From an uncultured bacterium (GTDB taxonomy: Bacteria > Acidobacteriota > HRBIN11 > JAKEFK01): 64,000 nt of DNA. Below, one piece after another: positions 9,854 through 19,267 of the stretch. Position 1 is the stretch's first letter; every line of letters begins with the position of its first letter. The notes beneath the pieces were generated by a model. That model saw only the letters and a list, made by a program, of their open reading frames with translations. It was not told where the DNA came from and did no database searches. Both the position numbers and the translations under genes were made by a program. The stretch covers positions 846,000-909,999 of the forward strand of contig CAWINI010000003.1 in NCBI GenBank assembly GCA_963837395.1. Direction: 5' to 3'.

Positions 9854-10464
9854 ATTTCTGCCAATGGAACAATTTGATCAATCTTGATTTTGATTCCTTT
9901 ATTTTTCATAGAAGATTCCAGAATTGTTTTGATCTTGCGATACGATTTTCTCACATCTTTCCGACTGAGCACGATCATTTTTGAAATTTCTGCTGCTCTC
10001 AAACCTTGCCACCGCAGTTTCAGAATCTTCCCAAGAGATCCATCTAACCTGTGAATACAATTTAATAAATGAAACATCACTCGATTTTTTTCGATGTTTT
10101 CGAAAAAAAGATCTTCAATCCTTTCGTTAGTCATGTCTTGCTCCGTTATTGATTCCTGATTTTTGAAAGACATTCTACGTAGCCGATCAATACATAAGTT
10201 TCTGGTAATTGTTACGAACCAACTTTGAAACACTTCGGGATTTTTTAGTTTCTCGGCATTTTCGATGACCTTGATGAATGCATCATGAAAGACGTCTTGC
10301 GCCTGATCGTAATCTTTCAAGTAATGAAAGCAAATTTTCAGAATGAGATTCTTGCAACGTTCATATAGAGTCATCAAAATTTGATTTTTTTCGATTGACG
10401 TACAATATTGAAGCTTTGAGATAAGTCTGAAATCTGTTACGGATACTTCAATTTGAGTATTCAT
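9838..10464 (-). CDS. ECF sigma factor, AT-rich, with no adjacent anti-sigma factor
   Basis: Sigma-70 regions 2 and 4 (FQSWFVTITRNLCIDRLR; LRAAEISKMIVLSRKDV). GC is markedly lower than in the flanking genes. Confidence 0.75.
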   Translation of the reverse strand: MNTQIEVSVTDFRLISKLQYCTSIEKNQILMTLYERCKNLILKICFHYLKDYDQAQDVFHDAFIKVIENAEKLKNPEVFQSWFVTITRNLCIDRLRRMSFKNQESITEQDMTNERIEDLFFENIEKNRVMFHLLNCIHRLDGSLGKILKLRWQGLRAAEISKMIVLSRKDVRKSYRKIKTILESSMKNKGIKIKIDQIVPLAEIQGTF

Positions 10465-10588
10465 GTTTCATCCTCCGGTTCTGTTTCACCCCTATACGCG
10501 ATAAATCAGGTCAAAACCTCCAAAAGTTCAAAGCCCTCGAGGAGCAAATTGACTTAAAAAACGTTCGGTCATTAAACTTTTAGCTGAT

Positions 10589-11233
10589 ATGAAAAAGGTT
10601 CTGGTTATTAGCGCGCATCCCGATGACATGGAAATCGGAATGGGCGGAACCGTAGCCAAACTTTCTACTTCAGGTTGCTCGATTGTTTCCGTAGTTCTGA
10701 CTGATGGAAGGAGATCACCAAATCCATTGTCACTCAGTCAAGAAGAGATGGCAGAAGTGAGGAGTGAAGAAACCAGGCGTGCCGCAAAAATCCTGGGAGT
10801 GAATCAAACCATTTTTTTTGATCTGGAATCGATTACCGCATCAGATATGGCCAGGCAGAAACTTTCGGAAGTAATCAACTCTGTAATCCCGGAAGAAATC
10901 TTCACACTTCATCCTGAATTGGATCGTCATCCAACACACAGATTAGCCGGGAAAATTTCACTTGATGCAATTCAGCAAAGTCATCTACAAAATTTGATTG
11001 TATGGGCTTATGAAGTTTGGGGGCTGTTTAATAGTTGGGACAGATTTGAAGATATTACCGATCAGATTGGAATTAAGCTAAGAGCCATTGGTGAACATCA
11101 ATCGCAACTTGCTGCGATTCCGTATGCTGAAGGTATTACAGGCTTGAATCGCTGGCGCGCAATCTTTGCCGATCCCAGGCAAGAAAAAGTAACTGCCGCC
11201 TTCGCAGAAGTATTTTTAAAATTGAAGCTATGA
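10589..11233 (+). CDS. PIG-L/LmbE family N-acetylglucosaminyl deacetylase
   Basis: VLVISAHPDDMEIGMGGT motif. Confidence 0.8.
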   Translation: MKKVLVISAHPDDMEIGMGGTVAKLSTSGCSIVSVVLTDGRRSPNPLSLSQEEMAEVRSEETRRAAKILGVNQTIFFDLESITASDMARQKLSEVINSVIPEEIFTLHPELDRHPTHRLAGKISLDAIQQSHLQNLIVWAYEVWGLFNSWDRFEDITDQIGIKLRAIGEHQSQLAAIPYAEGITGLNRWRAIFADPRQEKVTAAFAEVFLKLKL

Positions 11234-12978
11234 AAGGCCAGCTCGTCCTTGGCGTTGAAGGCGGAGGTACTAAAACTGATTGGGTTTTAGTTCAACAAAC
11301 ACCAAACTCCACAAAGATCGTTGATGAAGGGCGTTTACCTCCAACAAATTTCAGATTGGTAACTTCGGACCAATTGATCGATGTATTGAAACTCTTGCCT
11401 CACGATTTGGCTCGCGTGGGAATTTTTTTGGCAGGATGTGTAACGGAAGAAGATCGCTTAAAGCTTCACAACATCGCAAAGAATATTTGGGAGCACTGCG
11501 AAATTGTAGTTGGAAGTGATCGTGATTCTGCGCTTGCCACGGCTTTTCAAGATCGAGACGGAATCATTGTAATTAGCGGAACTGGCTCCGCAGTAACAGG
11601 ACGGAAGGAGGGCAAGATTGAAAACGCCGGCGGTAGAGGTCATTTACTTGGAGATCGTGGAGGCGGATATGTGATTTGTATGGAAGGTTTGCGATTGGTG
11701 TTGCGAACTTATGATCTTGAGCATCGGGTTACACCATTAGCAAGTGAACTATTGAGAGCTTTGATGCTGAATGGTATGGAAGATCTAATTGCATGGACCC
11801 AAAGTGCGGAAAAAATGTCCATCTCTGCACTCTTGCCGGTCATGTTTGCGGCAGCACAAAATGGCGATCGTGAGATGCTTCAAGTTATAGAGGTCGGCGC
11901 AAGCTCACTCGCTGAATACACACGGTCCGTTGCGCGATGGCTGGAGTTTGAATCGCCGTCTGTCAGATTGCTTGGTGGAGTTTTCCTGAATCAACCTTTG
12001 TATGTCGAACTTTACAGGAAAGCATTAAGTGCAATCATTCCAACTTCATCGATTGAGCTTTGCAGTGCTTCCGGCGCAATTGGTGCGGCCTGGCTTGCAG
12101 CATCGAATGATTTACAAATTCCAAAACAGGAGCATGTAGAGCAAGAAAAGATCGAAGAATTGAATCGAGCAATTACAGAACAGACAAATCCTGGATCAGT
12201 GAATCTTGATCAAATGACTACAACTGAGCTTGTGAATTTGTTTATCGCTGAAGAGCATTTTGTTATTAGTGCTCTTAATGCGCAACGCGACAATTTGCAG
12301 CGGGCTGTAGATTTAGTTGTGAGTGTGTTTGAAAACAATGGCAGACTTTTTTATATTGGTGCCGGAACAAGCGGACGTCTTGGGACACTGGATGCAAGTG
12401 AAATTCCGCCAACGTTTGGTGAGCCACCCGAACGGGTGCAAGCAATCATTGCTGGTGGCCCCAGAGCGTTGCATGCCAGCGTGGAAGGCGCCGAAGATGA
12501 TGAACTTCAGGCTGCGAGATCCATTATTGAACGAGGAGTGACATCTGAAGACATTGTTTGTGGAATTACCGCAAGCGGCCGCACCCCATTTGTGATCTCA
12601 GCACTGAATCAAGCAAAAGCGATTGCAGCAAAAACAATTTTGCTAACATGCAATCCTGCGCGGAATCATTCATCGCATTTTGATCTTGAAATCGATTTGC
12701 CAACAGGTCCGGAACTTCTTACCGGATCTACACGTTTAAAAGCGGGAACTGCAACAAAAGTCGCTTTAAACATTATCTCAACCTGTAGTCTGATCCGTCT
12801 GGGAAAAATTCAAGGTAATTGGATGATCGGATTAAATCCATCGAATTCAAAGCTAAGAGATCGCGCAATCCGGATTGTAAGTCAGTTAAAAAATATTTCC
12901 TTTGAGCAGGCGAAAAAATTACTGGAAGAACAACAATGGAATGTTACTGCTACTTTGAAGTCTTCTGACAAAAACTAA
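11230..12978 (+). CDS. murQ: Fusion of a BadF/BadG/BcrA/BcrD-type sugar kinase (MurK-like) with the N-acetylmuramic acid 6-phosphate etherase MurQ
   Basis: The N-terminal half has an ASKHA ATPase fold (LVLGVEGGGTKT). The C-terminal half has the MurQ SIS signature LFYIGAGTSGRLGTLDASEIPPTFG. Confidence 0.8.
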   Translation: MKGQLVLGVEGGGTKTDWVLVQQTPNSTKIVDEGRLPPTNFRLVTSDQLIDVLKLLPHDLARVGIFLAGCVTEEDRLKLHNIAKNIWEHCEIVVGSDRDSALATAFQDRDGIIVISGTGSAVTGRKEGKIENAGGRGHLLGDRGGGYVICMEGLRLVLRTYDLEHRVTPLASELLRALMLNGMEDLIAWTQSAEKMSISALLPVMFAAAQNGDREMLQVIEVGASSLAEYTRSVARWLEFESPSVRLLGGVFLNQPLYVELYRKALSAIIPTSSIELCSASGAIGAAWLAASNDLQIPKQEHVEQEKIEELNRAITEQTNPGSVNLDQMTTTELVNLFIAEEHFVISALNAQRDNLQRAVDLVVSVFENNGRLFYIGAGTSGRLGTLDASEIPPTFGEPPERVQAIIAGGPRALHASVEGAEDDELQAARSIIERGVTSEDIVCGITASGRTPFVISALNQAKAIAAKTILLTCNPARNHSSHFDLEIDLPTGPELLTGSTRLKAGTATKVALNIISTCSLIRLGKIQGNWMIGLNPSNSKLRDRAIRIVSQLKNISFEQAKKLLEEQQWNVTATLKSSDKN

Positions 12979-13489
12979 GCATTGTTTCTCCAATCTTTTT
13001 TTGGCGAATTAATGTGATTCCAACTGGCAGTTTAAATTTCGATCGGGAGGAGCTTTCTAGAACCAATAAAGCAGTCGGAAATAATTCCGCTGCGGCTGAA
13101 ATCAGTTCGGGATAATCCTGATAATCGTAAGGTGGATCCAAAAAAATGATATCAGCATTTTCGCCCGCTTTGTGAATGACCTCTAACCCTTTGATTGCAG
13201 ACAAAGAATAGATTCGCCATAACGCATCATCACCACATATTTTGAGGTTGTCTTCAATTGCTTTGAGGGCTTTGTGATTGGTTTCCAGGAAATAAACGCG
13301 TGCTGCTCCCCGGCTTAATGCTTCAATTCCAACAGCTCCGCTTCCAGCGAATGCATCCACAAAATTGGAATTTTCGATTTGATTTTGAAGGATGTTAAAA
13401 AGAGTCTCGCGAACTCGATCGGTGGTTGGACGAAATGAATCGGATGATTTGAGATTGCGCCCGCGAAGCGTCCCTGCTATTACGCGCAT
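12950..13489 (-). CDS. rsmD: 16S rRNA (guanine966-N2)-methyltransferase RsmD
   Basis: VDAFAGSGAVGIEALSRGA, DPPY motif. Confidence 0.8.
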   Translation of the reverse strand: MRVIAGTLRGRNLKSSDSFRPTTDRVRETLFNILQNQIENSNFVDAFAGSGAVGIEALSRGAARVYFLETNHKALKAIEDNLKICGDDALWRIYSLSAIKGLEVIHKAGENADIIFLDPPYDYQDYPELISAAAELFPTALLVLESSSRSKFKLPVGITLIRQKKIGETMLSFCQKTSK

Positions 13490-13518
13490 ACAAATACTCT
13501 ACCGCAAATACGCAGAGC

Positions 13519-14382
13519 TTATTCAGGGGATTCGTTGCGGACTTCGACTTTTTGTTTTAATGCAGTCAAGTCAAGAGTTCCGTTTCGAAACTTCTCCACA
13601 TCATCATTATGCAAAGTAAAAATAATGCTTCGTTCCTGGCTGGAGACAAAACTTTCGCGGATGTGAGCGGTTACCGTAATTCGGTCTCTATTATTCAAAT
13701 CCGCCAGTACTGGGGCTTTTTCTGCAAGAACATTAGTCACTATGGTCGTAATCTTTTCAATTAACTGCTGATAACTTGAGGCCAGCATTTTTTCCAAATC
13801 CAAATCAGACAGAACTTCAGCGGTCGTACTGGACACTTGAGATAATCCTACTGTTGGTGATGCTTCAAGTTCTTTTAAATTCTTTTGAACTTCAGTTAAT
13901 TCAGTTTGAAATGCAACCAGCGTCGCCTTGCTCCTTTTCTTACCGGTAACTTCAATTTGAATACGTTGGGTCAACTCCGATTCCCTGGCTCGCAACCTGA
14001 TCATTTCCGCCTGCCGCTCAATTTGTTTTTGCACCATAGTCATTTGTTCTTCGGCAAGACGTTTCTGGCGATCCAGTTCCTGCAATAATGGCCTGGTAAA
14101 GTAAATTGCCGGCAGTTGAAGCGTTATGGTAACAACCGGACCATATTCCGGAAGTCTGCAAGAGTGAGCGGAATAAAATATTCCAGGTAATCTCGGAAAT
14201 TTTTCGCGTAGCGAGATCATCAAAATTGTCTGGAAGTCTGTGAGCTTCACCATAGCACGCAGGTCGGGCTGTTTTTCCGGCGCCGGGATCGATACCGTTT
14301 CAGGCTCAATCACTTGATCTTGTGCCCACAGAACTGGCGCCACAAAAACAAAAATCAATAGCGCCAGAATTTTCTTATTCAC
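13519..14382 (-). CDS. Secreted coiled-coil protein, third gene of the sigma/anti-sigma operon (possible RseB-like partner)
   Basis: Signal peptide and a heptad-rich middle section. Confidence 0.5.
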   Translation of the reverse strand: MNKKILALLIFVFVAPVLWAQDQVIEPETVSIPAPEKQPDLRAMVKLTDFQTILMISLREKFPRLPGIFYSAHSCRLPEYGPVVTITLQLPAIYFTRPLLQELDRQKRLAEEQMTMVQKQIERQAEMIRLRARESELTQRIQIEVTGKKRSKATLVAFQTELTEVQKNLKELEASPTVGLSQVSSTTAEVLSDLDLEKMLASSYQQLIEKITTIVTNVLAEKAPVLADLNNRDRITVTAHIRESFVSSQERSIIFTLHNDDVEKFRNGTLDLTALKQKVEVRNESPE

Positions 14383-15061
14383 TGGTATCTCCGGTTTCTG
14401 TCGCTGATGCTTTCAATACGTAATCGAGCAACTGATTGGTACGATCTACTTCTTGGCCAGTGCGATCATAAGTAGCGGCAATATCATGCTGGATTTTCCG
14501 AACATCTGCGGTGTGCTGGAGCTGCAAATAATTTGTGTACATTTGCAGTGTTTGCCAGTATAGCTTTTGCTGTTGATTATTATTTTGATCCAGCAGCTGC
14601 TTGAATCTCACTTCGGAGAGATCACGGTAACTCTGAGTATCCTGTTGGATCGAAGCTAACTGCATCTGCATTTTTTTGATTTCTTCGGAAAGTTCTGCCT
14701 GGCTTCGTGCGTTTTTTCCCCATCGTATCGTAAATTGTTTGGATGAAACTTCCCACTGCAAAGGCATGAAGGTTAGCGCACTGATGAAACCGGTTATCGC
14801 GATAATCCAGATCGCAGCTTTACTGAAGACAATGGATCGCCATTTCTGATCCCGCCTCAAAAGCTCACGGATACGAAGCTTTTCATCGAGATCTCTTCGC
14901 GGGATTTGTCGCATCAAACCTGAAATGGCTCCAAGTTCAGAATGACTCTTCCTGCAGTCTTCGCATGTTTCCAAATGCGCGCGAAGATGCTGCTCTTCCT
15001 CCGGCTCCAGCTCTCCACTTATACCTGAGACTATTAATTCCTCGAACCCTTCACAACTCAT
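14375..15061 (-). CDS. Zinc-finger anti-sigma factor with one transmembrane helix
   Basis: N-terminal HLETCEDCR (HxxxCxxC) zinc-binding anti-sigma motif. Central transmembrane helix. The gene overlaps the sigma factor gene. Confidence 0.65.
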   Translation of the reverse strand: MSCEGFEELIVSGISGELEPEEEQHLRAHLETCEDCRKSHSELGAISGLMRQIPRRDLDEKLRIRELLRRDQKWRSIVFSKAAIWIIAITGFISALTFMPLQWEVSSKQFTIRWGKNARSQAELSEEIKKMQMQLASIQQDTQSYRDLSEVRFKQLLDQNNNQQQKLYWQTLQMYTNYLQLQHTADVRKIQHDIAATYDRTGQEVDRTNQLLDYVLKASATETGDTSE

Positions 15062-15662
15062 CGTTTCTTTTCACCTCAACAAGCTTTAACGCCCTCCGCA
15101 AACCATCCAGCGCGTAATACATCCTGCTTTTTACTGTTGAAACTGGACATTCCAACATTTCGCTAATTTCATGAAACTTCATTCCTTCATATTCCTTCAA
15201 CAACAACACTGTTCTCTGTTCCGGTGGTAACATCGAAATCGCTCGCCGAATCCGGCTGTAAATCTGTTCTCGTTCTACAACCTGCTCTGCACTGTGCTCT
15301 TCCGTGATTACATCAGCAAGATTTTGCTGATCACCCATCGGATCAAAAAATGTCTTCCACCGTTTTCGCTTCCGAAGCAAAGTATTGCAACGATTAATTG
15401 CAATCTTAAAAAGCCAGGATGAAAATTTTGATTGCTTCTTAAACTTCGCTAAATTTCGATATGCATTTACAAAACTATCCTGGCAAGCATCTTTTGCTTC
15501 TTCCTCAGAATTCATAAAACGGAGAATGAAGTTATATAAAGGCTTCTGCCATCGGTCGATCAGAACATCAAAGTCCTTGATGTTGCCAAGCAACACCGAA
15601 TCGACCAGCTCTTCATCCGATCGTTGCCGCACGTATGGCTCAGGCACCCTCTTCATACCCAC
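15051..15662 (-). CDS. ECF sigma factor
   Basis: Sigma-70 region 2 (FSSWLFKIAINRCNTLLR) and region 4 (MKFHEISEMLECPVSTVKSRM). Confidence 0.85.
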   Translation of the reverse strand: MGMKRVPEPYVRQRSDEELVDSVLLGNIKDFDVLIDRWQKPLYNFILRFMNSEEEAKDACQDSFVNAYRNLAKFKKQSKFSSWLFKIAINRCNTLLRKRKRWKTFFDPMGDQQNLADVITEEHSAEQVVEREQIYSRIRRAISMLPPEQRTVLLLKEYEGMKFHEISEMLECPVSTVKSRMYYALDGLRRALKLVEVKRNDEL

Positions 15663-15712
15663 TCCGTAAGACTCGAACCTCTACAGGAAAGACGTATCTC
15701 CCTGTAAGATGG

Positions 15713-15833
15713 CGAATAGAGAATAGATTGATATTGAGAATAGAGAATAGAGAATAGAGAATAGAGAATAGAAGATAGAGAATTGATGCTAGACACGCAA
15801 TCTTCTATCCTCCATCCTCTATCCTCAATCTTC
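15713..15833. repeat. Heptamer-periodic palindrome upstream of the ECF sigma operon
   Basis: About eight tandem copies of GAATAGA are followed by an inverted-complement arm built of TATCCTC / ATCCTCA units. Confidence 0.8.
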
Positions 15834-16924
15834 TAAAATGACTTGTACCATTTCTCCAGAATCTTCTCGGCCGGCTTGCCGCGCGGCGTATAATCCCGAT
15901 CCTGCGACCCGCCATCGCCCCACCAATTGTAAAAGTAAACAGCATGCATAAAGGAAGGTGGTGGATCCCAGGTTTTCACGAACGCCTGATAACATAGTTC
16001 CTGTTCTTTTAGATCAACGGCCGTCTTAGCAAAGTAGTTCCATGGATCTTTATTCGCGCCATCAACACTCGGATATCCGATTTCTGTGATGATGATCGGT
16101 CTTTTGTATTCGTTATAAGCTTCCTCGATCCTTTGTTTGGCTGGCTTCCATGCCCCAAGTAATTCATCGAGAGTAGGATCCAATTTTTGCGTCAGTCCGA
16201 AATAAGCATTGATTCCAAGATAATCGAGCTCTTTCATGAATGCGATGTTGTGATAATGATCCCAGTTCGCTGAATAGGTGAGCAGTCCTGAATAATTTCT
16301 CCGCGCATAACGCACAATTTTGGACCAATGATCATAATCCGATTCCATCGCGCATAATTCAGATCCGATCGATAAAACTTCCACCTGATACTCTCTTGCA
16401 AGATCAGTATAGAAACGGATTAATTGCGTATAGTTCTTCCACCACAGTTCCGGATCCTGCGGTTTTAGAACTCCACGCCATTCTTTGTGTCCAAGATGTT
16501 GAATATGAAGAGTAGGGAACAAAAAAACACTGAGTCCTTTTTGATGGGCATACTGAATGATTTCAGAAAGTCTTGAAATTTCAACAGCTCTACGGTTTAA
16601 GTAAATATAATTGGCGCGGATGTCTTCTTGATAATTGGTAACGAAAAATGAAATGCTGCGTGCGCCGGCAGAATGAATTTCATCGATTGCTTCCTTGTAA
16701 GAATAATCTTCTTCCAAAGCAAACAATGGTAAAACCAACCCCGGTTGAAAGTGATTCTGAACAGATTTCACTCTGGCCGGAAATGATTTACGCGAATACC
16801 ACCAGGATCCAAGTTCGAAAAATACGGAAGTAAAAGAGAGACCAAGTAACCCAATGGCGAGAGGAATTAATCTGTGGAGTCTTTTTGCAGATTTCGAAAG
16901 CTTGTTTTGAGATTCATCAGTCAT
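15833..16924 (-). CDS. Membrane-anchored TIM-barrel glycoside-hydrolase-like protein
   Basis: N-terminal transmembrane helix. IGSELC resembles a GH5/GH26-type acid/base region. The family assignment is uncertain. Confidence 0.5.
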   Translation of the reverse strand: MTDESQNKLSKSAKRLHRLIPLAIGLLGLSFTSVFFELGSWWYSRKSFPARVKSVQNHFQPGLVLPLFALEEDYSYKEAIDEIHSAGARSISFFVTNYQEDIRANYIYLNRRAVEISRLSEIIQYAHQKGLSVFLFPTLHIQHLGHKEWRGVLKPQDPELWWKNYTQLIRFYTDLAREYQVEVLSIGSELCAMESDYDHWSKIVRYARRNYSGLLTYSANWDHYHNIAFMKELDYLGINAYFGLTQKLDPTLDELLGAWKPAKQRIEEAYNEYKRPIIITEIGYPSVDGANKDPWNYFAKTAVDLKEQELCYQAFVKTWDPPPSFMHAVYFYNWWGDGGSQDRDYTPRGKPAEKILEKWYKSF

Positions 16925-17255
16925 TCTCAGTATCAGCCTTCATCTCTTCTAACATTGCTTTCATTTCATCTCTTGCATGCCAATCCCCTTTCTTCTCAGC
17001 TGCAGCGATCCCTTGCCCCAAAAGTTCTTTGGCCTGATCTGTTCCTCCGGCTTTTCGTGCTGCTATAGCTGCCTGAAAATATGCGGCGGAATATGAAGGA
17101 TCAGTTTTCAAAACTTCACAGAAGTGATTGATGGCTTCATCAAAGTTTTGAATGCTCATGTATTCCATGGCCAATGCGTATCGCGAAAATGTATCGGCCG
17201 GATCCATTTCCACAAATTCTTTGAACTGTTCTAACCTGCTTTTTTCTTCTTCCAT
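16917..17255 (-). CDS. TPR-repeat protein
   Basis: TPR-like helices. The start is taken at MEEEK, which is preceded by an AAGGA ribosome-binding site. Confidence 0.6.
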   Translation of the reverse strand: MEEEKSRLEQFKEFVEMDPADTFSRYALAMEYMSIQNFDEAINHFCEVLKTDPSYSAAYFQAAIAARKAGGTDQAKELLGQGIAAAEKKGDWHARDEMKAMLEEMKADTEND

Positions 17256-17268
17256 ATTTTCCTTTTTT

Positions 17269-17332
17269 TTAACCACGAAGGTCACGAAGAAGCACGAAGT
17301 TTTTATTTTATCTTTTTATACCTTCGTGTTAA
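17269..17332. repeat. TTAA-bounded mini-palindromic element (family C): TTAACCACGAAGG ... CCTTCGTGTTAA
   Basis: 12-bp terminal inverted repeats with three internal CACGAAG direct repeats. It lies directly upstream of the TPR gene start. Confidence 0.7.
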
Positions 17333-17370
17333 TTCGTCTCCTGCTTTGAAAATCGGCGATCGACCAAGTT

Positions 17371-17464
17371 CCCCTCCTTATGAAGGAGGGGATAAAGGGG
17401 AGGTTGGAAACATTTTGAAGACTCCAACCCCCTCTTTGATCTCCCCCTTCATAAGGGGGAGAAA
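17371..17464. repeat. Family B palindromic element, copy 2
   Basis: About 85% identical to 622-717. It is flanked by an extra inverted repeat, GAAAATCGGCG/CGCCGATTTTC. Confidence 0.8.
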
Positions 17465-17530
17465 CGAACGCCGATTTTCATTATTTCTGTTTGATCTAAT
17501 GATCATGAGTTACTTCGTGGTTGATAAATT

Positions 17531-19243
17531 CTATCCTTCCAGGGCAATCAAGAATGGATCCTTAAGCGCTTCAGCAACCCATCTTAAGAAGCGCGCCGCA
17601 TCAGCGCCATCGATTAATCGATGATCATACGACAAAGACAGCGGAAGCATTAATCGCGGTTCAAATTTTCCCTCAACGAACACCGGTTCGATGCTAGATC
17701 TTGAAATTCCAAGGATTGCAACTTGAGGAAAATAAACAATCGGTGAAAAAGCAATACCGCCAATTCCGCCAAGATTTGTGATGGTAAAAGTTCCGCCCTG
17801 CATTTCCTCCAACGATAATTTTTTTGTTCTCGCTTTTTCTGCAGCTTCAGAGAGATCAACTGATATTTGAAGAATATTTTTCTTATCAACGTCGCGAATA
17901 ACAGGCACAAGCAATCCGCGATCCGTATCGACCGCCACTCCAACGTGATAAAACTTTTTGTAAATAATTTCGTTCTTCGCTACATCAAGACTGGCATTGA
18001 ATTGTGGAAACGTCTTCAATGCTGATGCAACCACTTTCAATAAAACTGCAGTAACTGTTAATTTTCCGCCAGCAACTTCAACTTTATTTCCGAATTTTTT
18101 TCGATGTTCTTCGAGTTCAGTAATGTCTGCTTTGTCATATTGAGTTACGCGCGCAACATTGAGCCATGAAATGATCATGTTTTCCGCAGTTTTCTGACGG
18201 ATTCCGCTCATTGGTTTGCGTTCAATCTGGCCCCACTTCGAAAAATCGGGAAGCGAAGGAACTGTTAAGCCGGGTAAACCTGCCGATGGCGTTTCTTTCT
18301 GTGTACGTGCGCTGCGTGCATATTTTTTTACATCTTCGATTGAGATCCGGCCGCGTGGTCCTGATCCTGTTACTTTGTTGATATCAATTCCAATTTCACG
18401 TGAAAAACGGCGCACCGATGGCGCAGCAGGCGCAACTTTTACGATTGCATCCGGACGATACTTTCGATAACCTTCCGCAACTGGAGTAAGAGCTTCCTCC
18501 AATCCTGCACGTCGCGGCTTCGGTTCTGCTGCAAATTTCGGTTCTTCTTCAACCACTTCTTCAACTGCGGCAGGTTCTGTCTCTGGCGCTTCAGAAACTT
18601 CTGCTTCTTCACTGGCAGTGATTACAAAAACAACATCACCTACTTTTGCCTTATCCCCTTCTTTGATTCGAACTTCTTTAATCACACCAGAAACGGATGA
18701 TGGAACTTCCACAGTTGCTTTATCAGTTTCAAGTTCCATCAGTGGTTGATCCTTTGAAACCTGATCACCCGGTTTTGCCAGAACTTTGATAACGCTCGCT
18801 TCTTCGATATTTTCGCCAAGTTCTGGAATTTTGAATTCAACAGTCCCTGAAGCAGGACCTTTTTTTACAGCAGCCTTTGTTGATTTTGGTGCAGCCGCTG
18901 TTTTCGCAGCTGGTTTTGATTCCGCTTTCTTCTCCGCTTTTTTCTCAGCTGGCTTTTTTTCTTCTGCCGGAGCTGCAGCTGGTTTCGATGTGGCTTCAGC
19001 TTTTCCATCAGAATCAATGGTCAAAACAACTTCTCCAACTTGAGCTTTGCCGCCTTCTTGCACGCGGATTTCTTTTACCACTCCGCTGATTGTTGATGGA
19101 ACTTCAATTGTCGCCTTGTCAGTTTCTAATTCCAGCACCGGCTGATCTTTTTGGATCTTATCGCCTACCGACACCAGTACTTTCGTTACACTGGCCGCAT
19201 CAATATTTTCACCAAGTTCGGGAAGTCTAAATTCAGTTGCCAT
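17531..19243 (-). CDS. aceF: Dihydrolipoamide acetyltransferase, E2 of pyruvate dehydrogenase, with two lipoyl domains
   Basis: Two ELETDKAT lipoyl motifs and the catalytic SYDHRLIDGA. Confidence 0.9.
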   Translation of the reverse strand: MATEFRLPELGENIDAASVTKVLVSVGDKIQKDQPVLELETDKATIEVPSTISGVVKEIRVQEGGKAQVGEVVLTIDSDGKAEATSKPAAAPAEEKKPAEKKAEKKAESKPAAKTAAAPKSTKAAVKKGPASGTVEFKIPELGENIEEASVIKVLAKPGDQVSKDQPLMELETDKATVEVPSSVSGVIKEVRIKEGDKAKVGDVVFVITASEEAEVSEAPETEPAAVEEVVEEEPKFAAEPKPRRAGLEEALTPVAEGYRKYRPDAIVKVAPAAPSVRRFSREIGIDINKVTGSGPRGRISIEDVKKYARSARTQKETPSAGLPGLTVPSLPDFSKWGQIERKPMSGIRQKTAENMIISWLNVARVTQYDKADITELEEHRKKFGNKVEVAGGKLTVTAVLLKVVASALKTFPQFNASLDVAKNEIIYKKFYHVGVAVDTDRGLLVPVIRDVDKKNILQISVDLSEAAEKARTKKLSLEEMQGGTFTITNLGGIGGIAFSPIVYFPQVAILGISRSSIEPVFVEGKFEPRLMLPLSLSYDHRLIDGADAARFLRWVAEALKDPFLIALEG

Positions 19244-19267
19244 TTTTAACCACGAAGCACAGGAAGA

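Noticed and set aside
15713-15833. Possible CRISPR array
   Set aside because: The repeat unit is only 7 bp with no spacers. It is a microsatellite-type palindrome, not a repeat-spacer array.
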